64,000 nt of DNA from Gammaproteobacteria bacterium (GTDB taxonomy: Bacteria; Pseudomonadota; Gammaproteobacteria; Eutrophobiales; Eutrophobiaceae): contig OZ244905.1 in assembly GCA_965221695.1 (NCBI GenBank), forward strand, positions 1,280,001 to 1,344,000. The letters are read 5' to 3'. Both the position numbers and the translations under genes were made by a program. Below the pieces are notes generated by a model that saw only the letters and a list, made by a program, of their open reading frames with translations, made no database searches and was not told the origin of the DNA. Position 1 is the stretch's first letter. Each line of letters starts with the position of its first letter. Below, piece by piece: positions 10,867 to 20,274 of this stretch.

Positions 10867-12231
10867 ATGTACCGAACACACCTGGAACATATCTATGACT
10901 GGGCAACGCGCAAGACGCGCAAGCCGCTTATTATTCGCGGCGCCCGGCAAGTCGGTAAAACCACACTGGTCAGGTTGGCCTGCGAACGGTTAAATCTGTC
11001 ATTAGTTGAATTAAATCTCGAAGACCAGCACGACTTTATCAAGCTGCTGCCACAAAACGACCCGCACAAGGTTTTGCAGGCGATTGCACTGGCTGATAAC
11101 CTGCCAACTCTTGAACCCGACAAACACCTGATATTTTTTGATGAAGCTCAGGCTTGTCCCAGGCTGATCCCGTTCCTGCGATATTGCTTTGAGAGAGCGC
11201 CCGAATATCGCATCATACTTACCGGTTCCTTACTTGAGTTCGTTCTACGCGCACAAAATTTTTCCTTCCCTGTTGGTCGTGTTGAGTTTCTCTACCTGGG
11301 GCCGATGACCTTCGAGGAATATCTTGGCGGTATCGGCAAGCAGGTGTTGGCAGAGCGTATAGGAGGGTTCAGCCTAACCGAACCACCTGACGAGGCTGAA
11401 CACAGCCTGTTAATGAAAGAGCTACGCTTGTTCCTGATCATCGGGGGAATGCCGGAGGCCATCAATACATTTCGTGACACGGCTTCTTTTCTGGAGGTTG
11501 AACGTTGTAAGCAGGGAATTATCACTGCTTACCAGGCGGATTTCTACAAGTACCGGGGCGCGACCGAGGTGGAACTGGTGAACCGGGTATTTGCCAGCAT
11601 TCCGTTGCAAATTGGTGAAAAAACCAAATATACGCGCCTGGTGCAAGGGCAGCGGAGTGAAAAAGTAAAACATATTGTGGATCTGCTTGAACTCGCCCGG
11701 GTAATTCAGCGCTGTTACCACAGCCATGCTGATGGTCTGCCCCTGTCTGCGCAACAAAAAACCAACTTCTTCAAACTGTTGTTTCTTGATGTCGGGCTGG
11801 TCCAATCCATGCTGGGCGTATCCCTGGCGATGATAGAGTCCACCGGAGAGATCAATGAAATAGCAAAAGGTTGTCTCGCCGAGCAGTTCATAGGCCAGCA
11901 CCTGGCCTATGATGGCCCCGCGTTCCAAGCGCCGACAATCCACTATTGGGAGCGGCAGTCCAAGCACAGTGTTGCAGAAGTGGACTTCCTGGTCGCCTGG
12001 CAACAGGAAGCCTTACCCGTGGAAGTCAAAAGCGGGCATAAGGGCCATATGAAATCATTACAGCAATTCATTGCCGAGAAACGGGCGTCCCATGCCCTGC
12101 GCTTCTCTTCAGGACCGCTAATGGTCAGAGACTACAAACACGCATCCCGCCCTTTGGCTTATCGCTTCCTGAACATCCCCCCCTACCTGGTCAGCCGCTG
12201 GCGCCTTCTTGCCAATACCGCTTTTTCCTGA
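10867..12231 (+). CDS. AAA_14 ATPase with DUF4143 (PD-(D/E)XK-like) C-terminal domain
   Basis: GARQVGKT, FFDEAQ, GGMPE, DVGL, EVDF..PVEVKSG. Confidence 0.9.
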   Translation: MYRTHLEHIYDWATRKTRKPLIIRGARQVGKTTLVRLACERLNLSLVELNLEDQHDFIKLLPQNDPHKVLQAIALADNLPTLEPDKHLIFFDEAQACPRLIPFLRYCFERAPEYRIILTGSLLEFVLRAQNFSFPVGRVEFLYLGPMTFEEYLGGIGKQVLAERIGGFSLTEPPDEAEHSLLMKELRLFLIIGGMPEAINTFRDTASFLEVERCKQGIITAYQADFYKYRGATEVELVNRVFASIPLQIGEKTKYTRLVQGQRSEKVKHIVDLLELARVIQRCYHSHADGLPLSAQQKTNFFKLLFLDVGLVQSMLGVSLAMIESTGEINEIAKGCLAEQFIGQHLAYDGPAFQAPTIHYWERQSKHSVAEVDFLVAWQQEALPVEVKSGHKGHMKSLQQFIAEKRASHALRFSSGPLMVRDYKHASRPLAYRFLNIPPYLVSRWRLLANTAFS

Positions 12232-12402
12232 TTTTACAAGCGCGCCTTCAAGTTCGCATCGAATGTTGGACAGAACTGCGGGTAACACAGGATGATACGG
12301 TGCAGCTACTGGGTCATTATTTATTTCCTCTTCTTTATTCCTATCACGATCTTCGTGTATGATATACGGTGTCAATGAATAAATGACGTGAGGGGTTCAG
12401 CA

Positions 12403-13779
12403 ATGCATAAATTGATTTTTTTATTCGCCTTGTCATTGGCTTTCGTGTTATCTGGATGCGGCAACAATAGTGAAACCAGGCCAGAACTCGTAGAACCGGA
12501 GGTCGGACCGGAACCTGAGCCAGAACCGGAACCCGAGCCGGAGCCTGAACCCGAGCCGGAACCGGAACCCGAGCCGGAACCGGAGCCCGAGCCTGAACCC
12601 GAACCGGAGCCGGAACCCGAACCGGAACCAGAACCCGAACCGGAACCGGAACCCGAACCGGAGCCTGAACCCGAGCCGGAGCCTGAACCCGAACCGGAGC
12701 CGGAACCGGAACCCGAACCGGAGCCGGAGCCTGAACCCGAACCGGAGCCTGAACCCGAACCGGAGCCGGAACCCGAACCGGAGCCGGAACCCGAGCCGGA
12801 GCCTGAACCCGAGCCGGAGCCCGAGCCGGAACCGGAACCGGAGCCGGAACCCACGGCTAATTTTCCTGACATCGAATGGGCTTTGGATGCTGACCAAACC
12901 AGCGCAGCTTTAGGCGGGTCGGCGCTTGAGTTGAGTAACGATGAGGTAAAAACAGCTATCTCTGAAATTTCAGATAACTCTAATGCTTTGATTATCAGCA
13001 GTCTGGGCGTGCTTCTCGTCGATGACGATGATGACTTTATCGATTACAACTGTTCTGGCGACACCTGCGCGCCGGACCCTGACAGCAGTGATTTTGCGCA
13101 ATTTTCACCGGATATCACTCTAGACAGTTACGATTTTGAGACGCCTGATAACCAGGGTGTAATGGTCTACGGAGGCATTTCCTTTGCCCAGTTCCGTGTA
13201 GAAGGCGAATCTCAGCCGATAGTCGGCGCTAGTGAGAATCTCAGCTACGGTGGCTGGCTTGACCATCACTTTTTTGGAATTGAAGCCCGCTTTTTCAACA
13301 CCACTGAAGACTATGATCAGGTATCCCTGTACAGCTATTCATTCGGCGATTCCAGCGGCAGTAACCCTGCATCCGGCAGCAGTAAATGGAGCGGCGCTGC
13401 CATCGGCTTCAACGGGGCTGAAGAGTTCCAGAACCGCAGCCTGCTCACTGCTGATGTCACGGTATCCATTGAGGACTTCATGAATCCAATGATTGACGTC
13501 ATGTTCGACAATATCAAAGACCTCAGTACCGGCGATGCTTTTACTGTAATGGGCATTCCAATATCCTCTGTAAGTTGGGATGATGTTGAACTCATGGACG
13601 ACGGCTCTTTTGACAGGTTGGAAAATGGAGATAAAGAGCGCACAGACTTCTCTAATGATCAAGAGTTACGGAGCCGGATAGCAGGTCAATTTTACGGGCC
13701 TAATCACGAGGAGGTCGGCGGTATATTCGAGTACGCCACGATAGGCGGTTCATTCGGCGCCAAGCGTGATGCTGAATAA
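12403..13779 (+). CDS. surface lipoprotein: lipobox, (EP)57 linker, TbpB-like C-terminal barrel (Slam substrate)
   Basis: [18 protein letters not shown]|C; C-terminus [15 protein letters not shown]...GSFGAKR; RBS GAGGGG before ATG 12403. Confidence 0.85.
   Translation: MHKLIFLFALSLAFVLSGCGNNSETRPELVEPEVGPEPEPEPEPEPEPEPEPEPEPEPEPEPEPEPEPEPEPEPEPEPEPEPEPEPEPEPEPEPEPEPEPEPEPEPEPEPEPEPEPEPEPEPEPEPEPEPEPEPEPEPEPEPEPEPEPEPTANFPDIEWALDADQTSAALGGSALELSNDEVKTAISEISDNSNALIISSLGVLLVDDDDDFIDYNCSGDTCAPDPDSSDFAQFSPDITLDSYDFETPDNQGVMVYGGISFAQFRVEGESQPIVGASENLSYGGWLDHHFFGIEARFFNTTEDYDQVSLYSYSFGDSSGSNPASGSSKWSGAAIGFNGAEEFQNRSLLTADVTVSIEDFMNPMIDVMFDNIKDLSTGDAFTVMGIPISSVSWDDVELMDDGSFDRLENGDKERTDFSNDQELRSRIAGQFYGPNHEEVGGIFEYATIGGSFGAKRDAE
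12511..12852 (+). repeat. coding Glu-Pro hexamer repeat, 57 units
   Basis: 342 nt of GAR-CCN with mixed synonymous codons. Confidence 0.97.
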
Positions 13780-13785
13780 GTTAAC

Positions 13786-13813
13786 CGGGGGACGGATTTA
13801 AATCCGTTCCTCG
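13786..13813. repeat. REP-like palindrome between lipoprotein and Slam genes
   Basis: cgggggacggattt|aaatccgttcctcg. Confidence 0.6.
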
Positions 13814-13821
13814 TTTAAATT

Positions 13822-13869
13822 ACAGGAAGCTCGGAACAACTCCTGGATGGACTTGTTCAGAGCTTCTGT
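13822..13869. repeat. hairpin-5 fragment of repeat family A; contains the predicted Slam ATG
   Basis: ggatggacttgttcagag is identical to the family A end. Confidence 0.7.
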
Positions 13870-15316
13870 TGGGTCCCATCACCACCAATTCAGACCAGCC
13901 GGGGTTAATTCTGTCCGTATTTTACTTTTTGTCTGTCTTCTGTTCCTGAGCTGTGCCTGGACAGCCTCGGCACAAGCGCAGTATGACCGCGCCACAGGCG
14001 ATACAAGGACCGACTCAACTGACCAACTGCCCTTGTTGGATGCAGGCAAGGCCATGGACCTGGCCCGCAAGTGGATGGATGAAGGGAAACCGCAACAGGC
14101 GTTCGAGTTGTTACGCCACATAATACAGGCCGCAAAGGCGGAAGGGGATATCGATACCATCAATATCCGGTTCCTGGCGGCTCAGGCCCTGCTGAAGATG
14201 GGACGACCGGTCCATGCGGCCGTAATCCTGGGTCAATTGGCCGTGGAGCGACCGGAATTGAACCGGGTGCGCCTCGATTATGCTGCCACACTGTTCACTC
14301 TGGGCCAGGACGAACAGGCTGAGACCATCTTCCGGGAACTGCGTGGCAAGAAAGACCTGCCGGCGCCGGTGCGGCGCAACGTGGAAGGCTTTCTGGAACG
14401 CATCCGCGCGCGCCAGCGGTTCCAGGTCAACTTCGATTTCGGCTTCTGGCGTGACAATAATGTCAATCACGCGCCGGAACAGGACACTGTGCAAGTGCCG
14501 CTGTTCGGCGGGTTGGAATTCGAGCTGGATGAACAAGCGGTCAAGGCCTGGGTGGCACGCGCCGGCCTGAACCTGCGCTGGCGTCACACTTACCTGCTGG
14601 ACGGGCGCGTCTTTTTCGAGACCCGCGGCGGCGCTGCTCGCAATACCGCAATCAATGCGGATGAGCATAACCGCACTTGGCTTACTTTGTCATCCGGGCC
14701 GCGCTGGCGCTACACCATAGATCTCGCGGGTCAGCGACGGGCCGGTCTTGCGCGCGCGGACATCGGCGCCGAGCGGCGTTGGCGTGGCGGCGATAACTAT
14801 GCCGTTAGCGGCTGGGCAAGACTGGGGCTGGAACAAAACCTGGGCAGAAACTGGACCGCCGGCGTCGCCGCCCGCGTGTGGGAGACGCGTTACGACAAAC
14901 TGGACAACGAGCTGGATCCGTTCGGTCAGTCTGTAGAATTAAGCCTTACCCGACGTCTGGGTCCTGGTTACCTGCAAGCCGGCGCCAAGCTGGCGCAAGA
15001 AATGACAGCCCGCAGCAACCTGCAATGGCAGGGCTGGGGAACATCGTTGGACTACATGATGTCGCTGGGTCAAAACTGGAATCTGAAAGCGCAAGCATAC
15101 ATTGATAAACGGTATTACGACGATATATACCCCTTGTTCGGCGAACGCCGCAAAGACCAGACACTGCTTGCCTACCTGACCATCTCCAACCGGGCGATAG
15201 CGCTGGCGGGGTACCTGCCTGAACTCACGCTGGGCTGGACCCGAACGGACTCGACTATCCCGCTGTACGACCGGAACAACCGGATTCTGATGTTGGGTCT
15301 ACGCCGACTCTTCTAA
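13847..15316 (+). CDS. surface lipoprotein assembly modifier (Slam; TPR + DUF560 beta-barrel)
   Basis: Signal peptide, TPR RVRLDYAATLF, DNNVNHAP, amphipathic strands, C-terminal Phe; adjacent TbpB-like lipoprotein. Confidence 0.85.
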   Translation: MDLFRASVGSHHHQFRPAGVNSVRILLFVCLLFLSCAWTASAQAQYDRATGDTRTDSTDQLPLLDAGKAMDLARKWMDEGKPQQAFELLRHIIQAAKAEGDIDTINIRFLAAQALLKMGRPVHAAVILGQLAVERPELNRVRLDYAATLFTLGQDEQAETIFRELRGKKDLPAPVRRNVEGFLERIRARQRFQVNFDFGFWRDNNVNHAPEQDTVQVPLFGGLEFELDEQAVKAWVARAGLNLRWRHTYLLDGRVFFETRGGAARNTAINADEHNRTWLTLSSGPRWRYTIDLAGQRRAGLARADIGAERRWRGGDNYAVSGWARLGLEQNLGRNWTAGVAARVWETRYDKLDNELDPFGQSVELSLTRRLGPGYLQAGAKLAQEMTARSNLQWQGWGTSLDYMMSLGQNWNLKAQAYIDKRYYDDIYPLFGERRKDQTLLAYLTISNRAIALAGYLPELTLGWTRTDSTIPLYDRNNRILMLGLRRLF

Positions 15317-15471
15317 GGAACCTCTGATTAAGTCAGAGGTTCCTACGATACAAGGATGTATCGTCAATATCAATGACTGTAAGGCATTGATATTGTGAGG
15401 AAAACAAAAATCGCATTTTTGTTTTCCGTACTCTGACAAGTCCAGGATGGACTTGTTCAGAGGTTCCCTAA
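15314..15471 (+). mobile_element. repeat family A, full 158-bp five-hairpin MITE-like element
   Basis: Terminal IR ggaacctctga/tcagaggttcc; five stem-loops; near-identical copies at 28381 and 62738. Confidence 0.9.
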
Positions 15472-15497
15472 ACTTACCAAGCCCCCCACACCCGACT

Positions 15498-16781
15498 TCA
15501 GACTTCAGCCAGCGCCTCTGCAAAGACGGATAGCAGCGAATCTGCGTTGTCTTTCGAGAACGGCAACGGTGGGCGCATCTTGAGCACGTTGTCATACATG
15601 CCGATATTGCTGATCAGTACCCCTTTATCTTTCATCGCGTTGACAATGGCTTTAGTCTCTGCCGGCGCCGGTGTCTTGGCTTCCCTGTCACCAACCAGTT
15701 CGACGCCGTTGAACAAACCATAGCCGCGCACATCCCCGATCAGTTCGTGTTCGGACTGTAATGCGCGCAGGCCATCCCGAATATATTCGCCCACGACCAA
15801 TGCGTTCTCCCGCAGGTTTTCCTGTTCGATAACATCCAGCACCGCCATACCGACTGCGCACTGCACCGGGTTGCCGCCGAAGGTGTTGAAATACATGACC
15901 TGTTCGCGGAACCCGTTCACCAGGTCGGCCCGGGCCACCACCCCGGCGAGCGGGTGGCCGTTGCCCATGGGCTTGCCCATGGTAGCGATGTCCGGGGTGA
16001 CGCCGTGCAACTGGTAGCCCCACATTTTCTCACCGCTACGGGCAAAACCGGCTTGCACCTCATCGGCGATAAACAGACCGCCGGCCGCGCGTATATGGCC
16101 TATGGCCTGTTGCATGTAGTCCGGCGGCACATCGGGCAAGCCCTCTCCCGAGAACAAGGTGCAGATCAACATGCCGGCGCAGCCGATGCCCTCTTCCTCG
16201 AACTCATCGATAGCCTGTTTCACCTTGCCGGCGTAAGCAGCGGCCAGGACCTCGCCTTCGAGGCCATCAATGGGCCGGTAGCGTTCTGGGAACGGCACGG
16301 CCTTCACGTTCGGACTCGGCGAAGTTCCTCCATGAAAATAAGTAGCCAATTCGTCCACCGCCGTGGTATTGCCGTGGTACGCGCAGTTGCTGCAGATGAT
16401 GCCCTGGTTGCCGGTAGCCTGGCGCGCCATGCGCAGCGCGATCTCGTTGGCTTCGCTGCCGGTACAGACAATAAAGGCCATCGACAGGGGGTCGTCATGG
16501 AGGGCGGTCAAGCGTTCAGCGTATTCCAGCACCAGTTCGTGCAAGTAACGGTTATGTACGTTCAGGGTCTTAGACTGTTTGTACAGCGCTTCAACCACAT
16601 GCGGGTGGCAGTGTCCCACGTTGGGCACGTTGTTGTATACGTCCAGGTATTTTTTACCGTCAGAGTCGTACAGCCAGACGCCCTCGCCTCTGACGATATG
16701 CACCGGTTCGTTGTAGAACAGGGGCGCGCCGGCGCCCAGCAGGCGATAACGCCGTTCCAGGAGTTGTGTATTGTTTGTCAT
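15498..16781 (-). CDS. class III PLP aminotransferase (GabT/AGXT2L-like)
   Basis: TGSEANE, AYHGNT, ADEVQAGFAR, MGKPMGNGHP, NTFGGNP. Confidence 0.9.
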   Translation of the reverse strand: MTNNTQLLERRYRLLGAGAPLFYNEPVHIVRGEGVWLYDSDGKKYLDVYNNVPNVGHCHPHVVEALYKQSKTLNVHNRYLHELVLEYAERLTALHDDPLSMAFIVCTGSEANEIALRMARQATGNQGIICSNCAYHGNTTAVDELATYFHGGTSPSPNVKAVPFPERYRPIDGLEGEVLAAAYAGKVKQAIDEFEEEGIGCAGMLICTLFSGEGLPDVPPDYMQQAIGHIRAAGGLFIADEVQAGFARSGEKMWGYQLHGVTPDIATMGKPMGNGHPLAGVVARADLVNGFREQVMYFNTFGGNPVQCAVGMAVLDVIEQENLRENALVVGEYIRDGLRALQSEHELIGDVRGYGLFNGVELVGDREAKTPAPAETKAIVNAMKDKGVLISNIGMYDNVLKMRPPLPFSKDNADSLLSVFAEALAEV

Positions 16782-18245
16782 CTACATGACCTCTTGTTCT
16801 TTCAATTCATCCACCTGGCGCCGGATCACGTCAATAGCCAGGTCAATGGTATCAATGTGAGTGCGGTAGGACAAAACGCAAAGCCGGAGCATATACACCT
16901 CGTCAATCAGGGTTGAGGTAAGAAATATTGTGCCCTCGCGGCGCAACGCCTCAACCAGTTTCCTGTTGAATTCATCCACATCTCCCTCAACATCGGCATA
17001 ACGGAATACCAATATGGACAGGTCAGGTTCGGGACCGACTTCAAAACCAGGCATTGACTGTATCCGCTGCCAGGCATAACGGGCCAAGAGCAGCTTTTCG
17101 CTCAACATGGCGCGGAACGGGGCTACGCCAATGAGTTTCAGCGGCAGCCACAAACGCAGCGCGCGAAAATGGCGGGTCAGTTCTGGGCTTACATCTGCAG
17201 GGGACAGTTCCTGCTCGTGCAAAGCCCTGTCCTGCAAATAGTCGGCGGTATAATAATGCGCGTTGTACAACTGTTTGCCATCCCGGATCAGCGCCGCGCC
17301 CAGGCCGAACGGTGTGTGCAACCCCTTATGGGGGTTCATCACCACCGAATCCGACAGTTCGATCCCGGCAAACTTCTGCTTAACAAAATCACACAGGATA
17401 AAAAAGCCGCCGTAGGCCGCATCCACGTGAAACCAAAGCCCATGCTCGCGCGCCAGCGCGCCGATCCTGTCAAGCTGGTCCACATTGCCCACGTCAGTGG
17501 TGCCGGCCGAACTGACGATTAGCCATGGCTCAAGTCCCGCGTCGCGGTCGGCGCGGATCATCTGCTCCAGCGCGTCCGCGTCCATACGGTAATGCGCATC
17601 GGTATGTACCGCGCGCATGACACAGCCGCCCAAGCCGGCGATATGCAAAGATTTGGCGACACAGTGATGGGTAAACCGGGTGGAATACACCACAGCCCGC
17701 GAAGTATTTTCCGCTTTCAGCCGATGGGCTTCCCGCGCCGTTACCAGGCAGGTTAGGGTGGCGATACTGCCCCCTGAAGCCAGCACGCCTTTCGCCGTGC
17801 CCGGGCTGTAGCCCACCAGTTCCGCCATCCAGTCCAACAACTGGTATTCCATGCGCACAGCGCCGGGAGAACTGGAAAACTCACCGGCATACTCGTCCAT
17901 CACCGCGGCCATGTAATCCCCCAGGGCCGAGTAATACATGCTGCACGGCGCTATATAGCCGAAGAACTTGCCGGAAACAGCGCAGAGCGCCTGGTCGTCC
18001 ACATTCTCCTTGTAAATCCGCAGGATTTCCCCGATCTCGATACCGTCTTCTGCTATGGGGAAATCATTCAGACCGGCTCCCATATCCTCGGTAAAGTTAA
18101 ACGCCGGACGCGCCGGCAAACCTTCAAGGAACCGCTCGGTATAGTCATTCACCGCGTCCAGCAACTCCCGGCGCCGGTCTGCGTCCGGTTCCATGATGCC
18201 GGCCTGTTCCGCAAAAGTGTTAATTTGCCGGATCAGGTCTTCCAT
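16782..18245 (-). CDS. group II PLP decarboxylase (aromatic-L-amino-acid decarboxylase-like)
   Basis: SGGSIA, AGTTDVG, HVDAAYGG, NPHK (PLP Lys), ELTRHFRALRLW. Confidence 0.88.
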   Translation of the reverse strand: MEDLIRQINTFAEQAGIMEPDADRRRELLDAVNDYTERFLEGLPARPAFNFTEDMGAGLNDFPIAEDGIEIGEILRIYKENVDDQALCAVSGKFFGYIAPCSMYYSALGDYMAAVMDEYAGEFSSSPGAVRMEYQLLDWMAELVGYSPGTAKGVLASGGSIATLTCLVTAREAHRLKAENTSRAVVYSTRFTHHCVAKSLHIAGLGGCVMRAVHTDAHYRMDADALEQMIRADRDAGLEPWLIVSSAGTTDVGNVDQLDRIGALAREHGLWFHVDAAYGGFFILCDFVKQKFAGIELSDSVVMNPHKGLHTPFGLGAALIRDGKQLYNAHYYTADYLQDRALHEQELSPADVSPELTRHFRALRLWLPLKLIGVAPFRAMLSEKLLLARYAWQRIQSMPGFEVGPEPDLSILVFRYADVEGDVDEFNRKLVEALRREGTIFLTSTLIDEVYMLRLCVLSYRTHIDTIDLAIDVIRRQVDELKEQEVM

Positions 18246-18269
18246 CGCAGCAGCACAGCGCGCGTGCTC

Positions 18270-20015
18270 TCAGGCGGCAGCGCCCTGCTCGAACAAGCTG
18301 TCCCGCAGGGGTGGTTTGGTCTTGGCCTGGATGCATACTTCAGGAGGAATGTCGAACACGAGCGCCTGATCGGGACCGATGCCCTCCTCGCGCAAGCAGG
18401 CAGCCATATCGTCGTCAGCCTCGGTGAACCCGGCCCGGCGGTTGAACTCCCATTCATCCTCCAGGCACTGCCAGCCCTGGTCGGCAATCTGCTGGCGCGT
18501 CACTTCCTCACCGTAGAACAAGCTGTAACAGCGACGGATTTCATCCAGGTTGGGTTGCATGAACTGGCACAGGCCGGAGGAGTCGCACACTGCGTTGACG
18601 ATCTGCGCATCCTGGGAGGCGCGTACCGCATCCTCACCCGCCAGTTCGGGGTCGATGACCAGGCCGGCAGTGTGGTCCGCGCCCATGGCGCTGGTGGAAT
18701 AGGTCACTCCCGCCGCCTTCAGCGGACGCGGGTCCCAGGCCGGCAATGCCTGCCCCTTGGCCACCGGTATGCGGTGGTGCTTGCGGTGCAGACCAATGGA
18801 CTGCGCGCCATCACCCACCAGCCTGCCGAGTTCCGTGCAGTTGCCCACCTCGTTACGCAGCAGGGACTTCGCCCCTTCCGCATCGCCCCAGTTCATGCCA
18901 CCGGAATCCATGTAAACGGCAATGGCCGCTCCCGTTTCGATGGTGTCCATGCCCAGTTCATCACACAGACGGTCCAGGTCGGCCACATCCTCCCAGTTGT
19001 TGATGGCGCAACACGAACCCAGCAGTGTCAGGGTTTCAAATTCCAATGCAGATGTCACGTAATTGCCGGCGGCATCATGGATGATGTTGGAACAGCGCAC
19101 GATGCAGCCGGTCATGCAGTTGTGCATCCCGCCGCCGCGTTCAGGGAACGCTTCATGGATGCGGGCGCCGTCGAGCCTGTCCACGTCCGGGTTGCGGCCC
19201 TCGGTGCGGTTCTTGTAGGGAAAAGTGTGCAACATGTTGGCCATGGGTACGCCGGTACTGGTGCCGCCCTTGAAGATATTGTGGCGACCATCGCTTAGAT
19301 AGGTCTTGCTGAAGGTCTTGTTATGGGCGTTGAAGCCCTTGCTGTCCGCCGCCTGCCTGATACGCGCCTTGGCCGGCTCTATCACTACCCATTTCAGACA
19401 TTTTGAACCCATTACCGCGCCGACCCCGCCGCGCGCAGCATGGCGCGCCGGATGCCGCCCCTTACTCTTGTCGGTGGTGGCGACGGACGCGGTTTTAAGC
19501 ATCATCTCGCCGGCCGGCCCGATGCTGATGGCGCAGGCATTTTTTGCGCGGCCGGCCAGGAGTTTTTCGCAACAGGCATAATTCCACAGCCCCTTGTACT
19601 CATCCGCTTCGACCAGTTCGGCTCCCTGCGCCGACACCACCAGTCCCCAGCGCCGTGCGCGGTCGGCAGGCTGGCCGGTCACGATAACGGCCCGGTAACC
19701 CAGCTTCATTAAATCCTGTCCGGGTTCGCCGCCGGTGTTGGCTTCCTTGATGCCGCCTGTTAAAGGGCTTTTACAACCCACGGACAAACGTCCCGAAGTG
19801 GGCGCCGAGGTTCCCGACAGAATGCCCGGGGCCAGTACCAGGATGTTTTCAGGCCCCATCGGGTCGCAGCCGGGATCGCACTCCTCCAACAGGATGCGCG
19901 CAGAGAGGGAACGCCCTCCGAGGTACTTCCAGTCGGCCGGAAATTCCTCTATGGTCACTTTCAGATTCGTCATATCGACCCGAATCAACCTGTCGTTATC
20001 CCAGACCCCGTTCAT
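18270..20015 (-). CDS. aldehyde:ferredoxin oxidoreductase (AOR family, usually tungsten)
   Basis: KSPLTGGIKEAN, ARGGVGAVMGSK, CMTGCIVRC, EFETL, DELGMDTIE; start reset to ATG 20015 (GGAG RBS). Confidence 0.9.
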   Translation of the reverse strand: MNGVWDNDRLIRVDMTNLKVTIEEFPADWKYLGGRSLSARILLEECDPGCDPMGPENILVLAPGILSGTSAPTSGRLSVGCKSPLTGGIKEANTGGEPGQDLMKLGYRAVIVTGQPADRARRWGLVVSAQGAELVEADEYKGLWNYACCEKLLAGRAKNACAISIGPAGEMMLKTASVATTDKSKGRHPARHAARGGVGAVMGSKCLKWVVIEPAKARIRQAADSKGFNAHNKTFSKTYLSDGRHNIFKGGTSTGVPMANMLHTFPYKNRTEGRNPDVDRLDGARIHEAFPERGGGMHNCMTGCIVRCSNIIHDAAGNYVTSALEFETLTLLGSCCAINNWEDVADLDRLCDELGMDTIETGAAIAVYMDSGGMNWGDAEGAKSLLRNEVGNCTELGRLVGDGAQSIGLHRKHHRIPVAKGQALPAWDPRPLKAAGVTYSTSAMGADHTAGLVIDPELAGEDAVRASQDAQIVNAVCDSSGLCQFMQPNLDEIRRCYSLFYGEEVTRQQIADQGWQCLEDEWEFNRRAGFTEADDDMAACLREEGIGPDQALVFDIPPEVCIQAKTKPPLRDSLFEQGAAA

Positions 20016-20144
20016 ATCTGTCTCCTCGGCTGTTGCGGATTGGCTTATTATCACCACCGGAAGACTGATAGTCCAATACTTTGTCGCATGCACCGGCGCT
20101 ATATACGAGCTGTTATGTTTAATAGAAGATCTAAACAAACCCAT

Positions 20145-20198
20145 CTTGGGATCGCAGGCGTTCCGCCTGCCTGCGGGCGGGACGCCCTCGCTCCCAGG
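20145..20198. repeat. REP-like palindrome family B (TGGGAGCGCGGGCGTCCCGCCCGC-type)
   Basis: Imperfect inverted repeat; related arms at 30729-30762 and 35455-35480. Confidence 0.7.
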
Positions 20199-20274
20199 GG
20201 GGCGGCCAGGTTTACAAGCGCCGCGCTTGGCTATAAACATAGTCTGTCTGCTGCGAACAGGGTAATATGACTTT

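Noticed and set aside
12232-12330. Possible HTH gene remnant (..LRVTQDDTVQLLG..)
   Set aside because: Too short and degenerate to support without a search
12372-12897. Antisense (GS)n and (FRLR)n ORFs
   Set aside because: Shadows of the EP repeat; the plus-strand ORF has the RBS, lipobox and TbpB-like domain
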